DNA from: an uncultured Deinococcaceae bacterium
GTDB lineage: Bacteria > Deinococcota > Deinococci > Deinococcales > Deinococcaceae
Reading direction: 5' to 3'
Length of the DNA stretch: 64,000 nt
Assembly: GCA_964252075.1 (NCBI GenBank)
Contig: CAXULY010000029.1
Location: forward strand, 1 to 64,000
Shown: piece by piece, positions 19,901-26,770 of the stretch
Layout: the number at the start of each line of letters is the position of its first letter
Position numbering within the stretch: the stretch's first letter is position 1
The notes under the pieces: generated by a model
Database searches by the model: none
Told to the model about the DNA's origin: nothing
The model's input: the letters and a program-made list of their open reading frames with translations, nothing else
Translations under genes and position numbers: made by a program

Positions 19901-20735
19901 CCAGGTCCGTCAGGGAGTCGCTGATGGTGGCACTTGGTGTGGCTCCGGTAACACCTGTAGTGGGATTCAGAGGGTAGATGCCGGGCAGCCCGGTGGTTGG
20001 GCCGGTGGCCGAACTGATCAAGAAGTTGCCGATCCTTGGGTCAATGGAAAGGCCGTTCACTGTGCCCGTCCAAGCCGTCGCAGCTGTGGACTTAATGGCC
20101 ACGGGGCTGGAGAGCAATCCGGTCGTCAGGTCCAGCTTGAACAGATAGGGACCGGCAACACCAGCAGTAGGCGTGGCGGTCGCCACGATGTAAGCCTGCC
20201 CAGCGCTATCGATGGCGAGGTCACCATTAGTGGTAGTGCCCAAGGTGTATCCAGTCGGAGCGGTAAAGGGCGTATAACTACCGCCTACGATGTTACCGCT
20301 TGCATCAACACGACCAAAAGTCTTGTTATTCAAATATACGTAATAGTTTCCTGAAGCGTCTGTGGTTCCACCGACAACCAAAACATTGGTTCCAGCCACT
20401 GTAGGCAGTGGGTTCAGCGTTCCAATACTGGTATCTACTAGAGTATTCGGATCAATATAGCGGACAGTATTGGTGTCCCGGTTGATGTAGTAGATGCGCC
20501 CGTTCGTGGGGCTCTGAGTAATAGCGTTGGAATTGGCCGAGGCAGCTGGAAAAAGCGGCACGATGGTGTTGTTGGTGTAGTTATAGATGCCGATCTGGTT
20601 GCTGGCCGCGCTGGTCATGGTGTAGGTGGCTGTACAGTAGCTCGCGGCAGCCTGGGCTGCGCCCATGAGGCCCAGCGCCACGGGCAGCAACCGCCGCAGC
20701 CGAATGAGGGACGACTTCACTGCATGCAGGTTCAC
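16908..20735 (-). CDS. Large secreted adhesin-like protein (propeller-like N-terminus, SdrD-B-like and DUF11 domains); putative tip subunit
   Basis: GTG start overlaps the upstream stop and has a GGAGG RBS; signal peptide ..LGLMGAAQA; ISGTVFDDINGDG and ISGTVYGD repeats; K..PG...TYTI..N..D.LP DUF11 repeats; Thr/Ser/Gly-rich. Confidence 0.82.
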   Translation of the reverse strand: MNLHAVKSSLIRLRRLLPVALGLMGAAQAAASYCTATYTMTSAASNQIGIYNYTNNTIVPLFPAASANSNAITQSPTNGRIYYINRDTNTVRYIDPNTLVDTSIGTLNPLPTVAGTNVLVVGGTTDASGNYYVYLNNKTFGRVDASGNIVGGSYTPFTAPTGYTLGTTTNGDLAIDSAGQAYIVATATPTAGVAGPYLFKLDLTTGLLSSPVAIKSTAATAWTGTVNGLSIDPRIGNFLISSATGPTTGLPGIYPLNPTTGVTGATPSATISDSLTDLGTCATLPNSPTVTKSFSPNSIAPGATSTLTITLGNTNLAPVYLQSTFTDNLPTTPSNMVIAATPNLGGTCTTITGNTVSASINTGTITLNAGGKIPAGGCTITVSVTASSVGTYTNTIAASALDTTGGTNAAAASASLLVTASISGTVFDDINGDGVQAATGEAGTNAGTSSLTVYAVNGTTVAGKATVSATDGTYTIGGLLTNTTYTLRLSTNGSVAVGGTAPTTGSVPSNWVNTGENSNGTKDATADGNLAVTIAAANVTAQNFGIEQLPDTTSATASSQQNASGTSRFVVPTLTGTDPEDGALGAGSTFCITSLPTNATLFYQSVVVSAGQCITAYVVNSLQVDPTSNGALTVSFQVAARDAAGQQDPSPATITMPFIAEPSGACLVHGGTLGTNLFSLNGTFGSVAAGSSTNPPTRRTLAATGSLGSTGYTYNTRTQVASPGNYSPEDGEYEVTNFDSDRQDGAWHVLGDHTTGNATGQMMVVNANLSANVFYQEKFAVTPNTNYEVGGWIVNLIANNAGIVPNVSIEVDYTGVDDDDNPATADGSEGQSIFTSGNIANTNAPIWKNFSLLVNTGAASEVTVRFRNNTGGGGGNDLALDDLSWTTCTGITTGNISGTVYGDMDNSSSFSTPDSRFGAGIPVTLTNSSSGITSTAFTDANGNYSFLNVPTDPYTATIRKTDPDLGNATLISPASGTYSVTLTGGASITSRDFGFNPNLTATKTVSASSTTLGGTLTYTIAVKNTSTTVAAANVKFLDVLPSGLTYIPNTATLNGTNLNASSYPYGTASLINSAGQVAGTLAAGATATVTFQVQVGNSGVASPISNQGVVSQQSVNVPTDDPTVTGVSDPTRTTLTVVAPSVTLSKYVRNIGSSLSSNTGTFSSAGAVGKPGEYLEYCIAYTNTGAGNATSLVLKDTIVASGPAQLNGYGAGLGILYANGASLASGATAAPAGTALTSASGDDAGDLTATNLTVNVGTVAASTGKGVVCFKAQVP

Positions 20736-23700
20736 TTGTTGCCTCCCTGTTCGTCGAGCAGCAGGTCCAGCCGGAGGTAGGGGCCGGGTCTGGTGAAGGT
20801 GGTGCCGAGGCCGTCGAAGCCCAGCACGTTGTACCCCACGGTCAGCCACGTGCCGGGCAGGGCGCGCAGGCTGCCCTCCAGGCCCAGACCGAAGAGGCTG
20901 GTGCCGGTGGCTGGTTGCACCAGGGCGCGCGCGCTGGCGCCCACGCCAAGGCGGTCGGTCACGTAGTACGTGCCGCCGAGGCTCGGCTGGTAGGTGAAGC
21001 TGCCGGGGTCGTCGAGGAGCACGCGGGCGTCGAGGCCGCCGCGGAGCGCCCAGGTGGCGCGGTGGTACTCGGCGGCGAGCTGCCCCATGAGTTGCGGCTG
21101 GTCACCGGCGAGGCTGCCGTTCTGGTAGCGCAGGTACCCGATGCTGTTCCACGCGCCGTCGCGCCACGCGTACCCGAGGGCGAGTTTCGTGCCGGGGGTG
21201 GCGCTGAGTTCGGTGAGGGCGTCGGCGGTGACGCTGAAGGTGCTGCTGAGGGCGCCGGTGGCGCCGGCGCGCAGGACGGTGCGCCATACGCCGGCGCTGT
21301 AGGCGAGGTCGCCGCCGGCGGTGGCGCTGAGGGTGGTGCTCTGGTAGCGGAGGTCGCTGCCGACGCTGAAGTCGTTCGTGCCGGCGGTCATGTCGCGCAG
21401 GTACGCGCCGCGCAGGCCGACGCTGAAGGTGCTGTTCAGGGGGAGGCTGGTGTCCATGCCGAAGCGGGCGCGGTTGCCGCTGCCGCTGGCGTTGGGGAGG
21501 TCGTACCCGACGGAGAGGTTGGTGCCGCCGAGGGTGGTATCGATGCCGAAGCTCGCGACGCTGCCGGTGTTCCAGTTGAGGTCCTCGGCGAGTTTCAGTT
21601 TGACGTTGGGGGTGAGGGCGTATTTCACGGCGAAGACCGTTTCGGGGTCCACGTTGCCGGTGAAGGGCTGGCTGTGCGTGACGTCGATGTCGAAGGGCGC
21701 GGCGTGGTAGCCGACGCCGAGGAGACCGCTGACGCCCATCTGGTCGCCGAAGCTGTAGCGCAGGCCGCCGCCGACCGTGAAGGGGTTCAGCTGGTAGTCC
21801 ACGCGCGCGGCGAGGTCGCCCTGGTGGCTGTCGGGGCCGCTGGTGTAGGTGCCGCCGAGGCTGGCGCTGAGGCTGGGCGCGAGTTGCTGGCGCAGCTGGG
21901 CGCTGGCGCTGGTGCCGACCGCGATGGGCGCGAGGCCCGCGTAGGTGGCGTCCTGGTACGCGGCGCGCGCGCTGAATTCGGTGCTGCCCGCCTTGCCGCT
22001 CACGTCGGCGCTGGCCTGCAGGCCTCCGCCCTGCGTGAGGACCTGGGCGCTGCCGCTGAGGTTCGCGCCCGCGAAGCTGGCGCGCGCGCCCGCAGTGAGT
22101 TTGCCGTCGAGGTTCACGGCGGCGACGCCGACGCTCGTCGCGCCGTTCGTGTACTTGGCCTGCGCGCCGTACGCGAGGGCGCGGTTCGCGCCGCCGTCGT
22201 TCAGGCGGTACGCGGCCTGCACCACGAGGGTGTTGAGTTGCGCGTCGGTGCGGGCGAGGGCCTGGGAGAGCGTGACCACGCCGGTGCCGGTGTCGAGGCT
22301 GTAGTCGGCGTAGCGGGTGAGCGTGCGGCGAGAGAGTTCCTGGCCCGTCACGCGGTCGAGCGTGAGGAGTTCCAGCGTCTCGGAGTCCGGGACGATGTCG
22401 CCGTGCGCGAGGCGCAGGAGGCGCGTGCCGTTCGGGGTGAGGCGCTCGCCGGTGATCTGGTCGCTGGAGATGAGGGCCGCGAAGCCGCCCACCTGCACGT
22501 TGCCTTTGGTGCTGAAGCTGAGCGCCGTGACGCTCTCCCCGAGGGGCAGCACGTCGATGGGGGTGGGGCTCAGGCGGTACTGCGCGCTGAAGGCGGGGTG
22601 GTCGTAGCGGAAGGCGATGGGGTCCTGACCTTCGAGCGGCACGCTTTCGGTGCTGGCGTCGCCGTACAGGGGGTAGCGGGTGTTGGGGTTGGTGCTGGTG
22701 GGCAGGCCGTCCTTGTTGCCCGCGGCGTACAGTTTGCCGCTCCCGAGGGTGCCCTCGAAGTAGCCTTTGGCGCTCCAATGGAAGTCCACGGCGCCGCCGC
22801 TGAGGCCGACGGTGGCGCTCGCGGCGCCCACGCCGAGCGCGCCGACGTCGGGGCGGATGGGCAGACTGACGCGCTGCACGCGGTCACTCACCGCGAACTC
22901 CAGTTCGAGGGTGGTGGGCGCGCTCTGCGGCGGGAGGATCAGTTCGCCCTCGCCGTCCTTGAGCGCCACCTGGTAGCCGCCCTGGCTGGGGTCGGCGTCC
23001 GCCTGCGCGGACTCGATGGAGGAGCGCACCGTGACGGTGGGTTGCGCGGTGGTGAGGCCGGAGGCGTCGAGGACGCGCAGCTTGAAGCGCAGCGGGGTGC
23101 TGCCGTCCGCGAGGCCCTGCACGGCCTGCACGTCCACGCGCTCGGCCTGCCCGGCGTAGTACACCTTGACCTGCTCGCCCCCCAGCACGAGGGTGTTCAC
23201 GCCCGTCTTGAGGCGAATCCCGAAGTACGTGACGCGTTCGGTGCCGGCGCTGCTGTCCACGTCGCGCTGCCCGATGGCGCTGTCCGGCAGGGCCTCGCCG
23301 TTGATGCGCGGCCCGAGGGTGGCGCCGCTGGGGCCCTGCACCACGACCGTGATGCGGTCGCGGTCGCGGATGACAGTGCCGTCCAGGGGGAGGCGCAGGG
23401 CGCCGGGGTTCTCGGCGGTCTGCCCGCTGGCGGTGGGCGTTGCGGCGGCGTAGTCCTGGAGGTCGAAGGGCCCCTGCAGGACCTCCTGGCGGTCGCGGGG
23501 GTAGCGCGCGAAGAGCGCGGGCAGCGGCAGGGCGCCGAGCGCGTCGGTGTGCGTGACGCGGTACGTGATCACGCCGCGCCCGGTGGGCGTGATCGGCCAG
23601 TACAGGCGCCCGCCCTTGCCGACCAGCGGGTCGGGGATGGGCTGGCCGTTCAGGGCGCTGGTGCCGGGCAGGTACGTCGCGCCTGCGGGGAGCGTCTGGG

Positions 23701-23887
23701 CGATCACCAGGGCGGTCGCCTCGACGGGCGCGTCGAAGGGAACCTCCAGGCGAGACTCGCGCGTGACGGCGTTCGTCGCGTCGGTGGTCGCGGGTGCGCT
23801 CAGGGGGGCGGCGGGGACGGTGGGCGCGTTCTGAGCGGCGGCCCCCACCAGCAGCGAGGCCATCAGCAGGGCAAGGGCGCCTCTCAC
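20732..23887 (-). CDS. Large outer-membrane beta-barrel protein with periplasmic Ig-like domains (usher-like)
   Basis: Signal peptide; YPLYGDAS motif; roughly 500 C-terminal residues of alternating amphipathic strands ending WLTVGYNVLGF..GPYLRLDLLLDE. Confidence 0.75.
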   Translation of the reverse strand: MRGALALLMASLLVGAAAQNAPTVPAAPLSAPATTDATNAVTRESRLEVPFDAPVEATALVIAQTLPAGATYLPGTSALNGQPIPDPLVGKGGRLYWPITPTGRGVITYRVTHTDALGALPLPALFARYPRDRQEVLQGPFDLQDYAAATPTASGQTAENPGALRLPLDGTVIRDRDRITVVVQGPSGATLGPRINGEALPDSAIGQRDVDSSAGTERVTYFGIRLKTGVNTLVLGGEQVKVYYAGQAERVDVQAVQGLADGSTPLRFKLRVLDASGLTTAQPTVTVRSSIESAQADADPSQGGYQVALKDGEGELILPPQSAPTTLELEFAVSDRVQRVSLPIRPDVGALGVGAASATVGLSGGAVDFHWSAKGYFEGTLGSGKLYAAGNKDGLPTSTNPNTRYPLYGDASTESVPLEGQDPIAFRYDHPAFSAQYRLSPTPIDVLPLGESVTALSFSTKGNVQVGGFAALISSDQITGERLTPNGTRLLRLAHGDIVPDSETLELLTLDRVTGQELSRRTLTRYADYSLDTGTGVVTLSQALARTDAQLNTLVVQAAYRLNDGGANRALAYGAQAKYTNGATSVGVAAVNLDGKLTAGARASFAGANLSGSAQVLTQGGGLQASADVSGKAGSTEFSARAAYQDATYAGLAPIAVGTSASAQLRQQLAPSLSASLGGTYTSGPDSHQGDLAARVDYQLNPFTVGGGLRYSFGDQMGVSGLLGVGYHAAPFDIDVTHSQPFTGNVDPETVFAVKYALTPNVKLKLAEDLNWNTGSVASFGIDTTLGGTNLSVGYDLPNASGSGNRARFGMDTSLPLNSTFSVGLRGAYLRDMTAGTNDFSVGSDLRYQSTTLSATAGGDLAYSAGVWRTVLRAGATGALSSTFSVTADALTELSATPGTKLALGYAWRDGAWNSIGYLRYQNGSLAGDQPQLMGQLAAEYHRATWALRGGLDARVLLDDPGSFTYQPSLGGTYYVTDRLGVGASARALVQPATGTSLFGLGLEGSLRALPGTWLTVGYNVLGFDGLGTTFTRPGPYLRLDLLLDEQGGNK

Positions 23888-26637
23888 GGGTTCCTCCAGG
23901 TGACGTTGGGATCGGTGACGGCGCGCTCGCTGGCCCCGTCGAAGTGGAAGTGGTAGGTGAGGGTGGTGCCCTCGGCGGTGACGCCCACGAGGTCCAGCAC
24001 GTTCTGACCGTCCGTGAGGGTGGCGCCTGCGGGCAGCGGGTCATCCAGGTGCAGCGGGCCGCTGGCGGGGTTGGAGGTGAGGGTGAGGGTGACGGTGTAG
24101 CGGCCGTCCTCGTCCTGCGTGACCTGCTTGCGCACGGTGAGCGGCCCAACGCGCAGGGTGGTGTCGCGGAAGGCGCTCGCCTCGCCCTCCAGGGCGGCCA
24201 GCGGGAAGTCCACGCTGGTGAGGCCGCGCGCGTACACGCCCCGGCTGCCGGGTCGCCCGCCGTCCTGCGGCAGGCTGAGCGGCGCGTACGGCACGCTCGC
24301 GGGGTCCAGGCGCAGGGCGGTGAAGCCCTCCGGGACGTTCGCGAAGTGGTAGCGGCCCGACGCGTCCGTCAGCACGATGCGGCCGTCCGCGAGCACGATG
24401 CGGGCGCGCTCGATGGGGGTGTCGAGGTCCGCCTGGAAGACACCGTCGCGGTTGCGGTCCACGAACACCACCCCGATGAGGTCCGCGAGGGTGGAGAACA
24501 TACCGGGGCGCAACTTCAGGCGCGCGCGCGCCTCGTTCGAGGCGACCACGGAGCCGTTCACGCCCTGCCCCATCACACTCACGACGTTCACGAGCTCACC
24601 GTTCGCTTCGGGCGTGACGCGCACGGCGTAGGTCAGCACGACCTCGCCCTGCGGGGCGAGCGCACCGAGCGTCCAGGTGAGGACGCGGCCCGCGACCTGC
24701 GGGTCGCCGAGCGGCTGGCCGCCCAGCTGCGCGCTGCCGGGGATGTACGTCACGCCGGCGGGCAGGGTGTCCGTGATGGTGAGGGTGTTCAGGTGGCCGG
24801 CCTGCGAGAGGTTGCGGATGTGCACCGTGTAATCCAGGCGGTCCCCGACGGTCGCGTCGAGCGGCGTGACGCTCTTGCTCACGGCGAGCGCCGCGGACCA
24901 CACGGGGCTCGTCACGGTGGGGGAACCGAGCGGCGCGGGGAACTGATCGCCGCCCAGCGTGAAGGTGTTGGTGATGCGGTCGCCGTCCTTGGCGTCCGCC
25001 GCGACGGTCGCCTGAATGGTCAGGCGGCGCGTCTCGCCCGGCGCGAGCGACGCGACGGTCCAGACCACGGCGCCATCCTGCAGGGCGCCGCCATCGGAGG
25101 CGCTCACGAAGGTCAGGTCGCTGGACAGCGGGTCGCGGATCACGACGCCCGTGAGGGGCACGTCGTAGGGGTTGTGCACGCTGAGGGTGTAGGTGAGGGC
25201 CTGACCCGCGGTGACCTGACCCGTGGGGTCCACGGTCTTCTGGAGTTCCGGCAGGCGGGACTCAATGCGGCTGATGGTGTCGGTGGTGCTGTTCGTCGTG
25301 CCGCGCGTTCCCGTCGCCGTGAGGACCAGCTTCAGGGCGTCGCTGCCCGCGGGCTTCACGCACACCTGGAAGCTCAGGGTCTGACCGGGCTCCAGGTGGA
25401 CGGGCTGCGCGATGGGCGCGCCGTCCGTGGTGAGGAGGCTCACGTCGCCGGAGCCCGCCGCGAGGGTGGGCGCCACCGTAAAGTCATCGGTGACGTTCCC
25501 AGTGTTCTGGATGGTCTGCGTGAAGCACACGGTCTGCCCCACCACGCCGAAGTCCTTCGACTGCGTGTCCTGCGCGCTGCCCTCGGGCGCCGTGGGGTTG
25601 CCGACCGGCCCGAGCGCGACGCCCGGCGTGAAGCGCACGTCCAGGGTCGCGCCCGCCTGCCCGCCCGGAACGCCGCTGGACGTGACGGTCGCGAGGTTCC
25701 GCAGCGTCTTGTTCTCCGCGGCGGCGGAGGTAAGCAGCTGGAAGGTCAAGGTGGCGCGCGCGCCCGGCGCGAGGCTCGGCACGCGCAGGCGAATGCCCGC
25801 CACCGCGCCGCCCGCGCTGGCGGAGTACGTCGCGCCGTCCGCGCTGTACTCCACGGTGCCGACGCTGGCGCTCGCGCTGCCCGCCACGAAGGTCGCGCCG
25901 GACAGCGCGGCGGTGTTCAGGGGGTCCGTGACGATCACTTCACGCGACGCGCCCTTGCCGCCGTTCGTGACAGTCAGCGTGACGGTGCTGGCCTCGCCGG
26001 GCTTCACGAGCGCCGGGCTGAAGGACTTGCTGAGGGCCAGGGCGGGCGGCTGGCCCACCAGGACCGCCGCGTAGTTGTTCGTGTCGCCGGCGCCATCACC
26101 GCACGAGGCGTTCAGGCTGACGAACGCCCCATCCCGGTCGCTGTCGGCGGTGGAGACGACCATCAGCAGCTTCGCGGACTGATCGGCGTCCAGCGTGACG
26201 CTGGACGCCTCGGGCTCGCCCGCATCGAGCGCGCCATTGCCGTTGCTGTCCAGGTAGATCTTGACGCCCGGCTGGAAGGCCGAGGTGCGGTCAACCACGC
26301 TGGCGAGCGCGAAGGTGTTGCTCTGGTTGCCCGCGTTCAGCACGCTGTACGAGAAGATCGCCTGCTCTCCCGGCAGGATACTCGCCGTCTGACCGGGCTG
26401 GTCGGGCGTGCCGTCCGGCGTCACGCTCACCGCGCACACGCCACTCACGGTGGTCGTGACCGTGGTGGACACGTCCGAGATGGCCGCGCCGTCCGCATCA
26501 ATGGCGGCGACGCTCGCCTGGTTCGTGATGACCGTATCGGCTGGCGTTCCGCCAGCGAACGCCGCGCTGTGCAGGCTCAGACTGAGCGCTGCCAGACACG
26601 GCGCGAGCACGGTGATGAGGGTGGACTGTTTGCGCAC
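23884..26637 (-). CDS. Secreted multi-DUF11 protein with an SdrD-B-like C-terminal domain; putative base or adaptor subunit
   Basis: GGAGG RBS and GTG 26637; signal ..SAAFA; three complete DUF11 repeats; GVVFVDRNRDG..TDASGRYHF. Confidence 0.82.
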   Translation of the reverse strand: MRKQSTLITVLAPCLAALSLSLHSAAFAGGTPADTVITNQASVAAIDADGAAISDVSTTVTTTVSGVCAVSVTPDGTPDQPGQTASILPGEQAIFSYSVLNAGNQSNTFALASVVDRTSAFQPGVKIYLDSNGNGALDAGEPEASSVTLDADQSAKLLMVVSTADSDRDGAFVSLNASCGDGAGDTNNYAAVLVGQPPALALSKSFSPALVKPGEASTVTLTVTNGGKGASREVIVTDPLNTAALSGATFVAGSASASVGTVEYSADGATYSASAGGAVAGIRLRVPSLAPGARATLTFQLLTSAAAENKTLRNLATVTSSGVPGGQAGATLDVRFTPGVALGPVGNPTAPEGSAQDTQSKDFGVVGQTVCFTQTIQNTGNVTDDFTVAPTLAAGSGDVSLLTTDGAPIAQPVHLEPGQTLSFQVCVKPAGSDALKLVLTATGTRGTTNSTTDTISRIESRLPELQKTVDPTGQVTAGQALTYTLSVHNPYDVPLTGVVIRDPLSSDLTFVSASDGGALQDGAVVWTVASLAPGETRRLTIQATVAADAKDGDRITNTFTLGGDQFPAPLGSPTVTSPVWSAALAVSKSVTPLDATVGDRLDYTVHIRNLSQAGHLNTLTITDTLPAGVTYIPGSAQLGGQPLGDPQVAGRVLTWTLGALAPQGEVVLTYAVRVTPEANGELVNVVSVMGQGVNGSVVASNEARARLKLRPGMFSTLADLIGVVFVDRNRDGVFQADLDTPIERARIVLADGRIVLTDASGRYHFANVPEGFTALRLDPASVPYAPLSLPQDGGRPGSRGVYARGLTSVDFPLAALEGEASAFRDTTLRVGPLTVRKQVTQDEDGRYTVTLTLTSNPASGPLHLDDPLPAGATLTDGQNVLDLVGVTAEGTTLTYHFHFDGASERAVTDPNVTWRNP

Positions 26638-26736
26638 GGGGCCTCCGGGAACAGCGCTCAGTGGGGCGCGGGAAAGGGCGGGGTACTCAGGCTCAAAACG
26701 GTGTTCTGCTGTTGGGGTGACGCCAAAGGTGAGGTG

Positions 26737-26762
26737 GGCGCGCACCATTGGTGGTGCGCGCC
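26737..26762. promoter_or_regulatory. Intra-operon stem-loop after the putative major subunit gene
   Basis: 11-bp stem GGCGCGCACCA/TGGTGCGCGCC, 8 nt after the stop, with no U-tract. Confidence 0.6.
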
Positions 26763-26770
26763 GGGATGGG

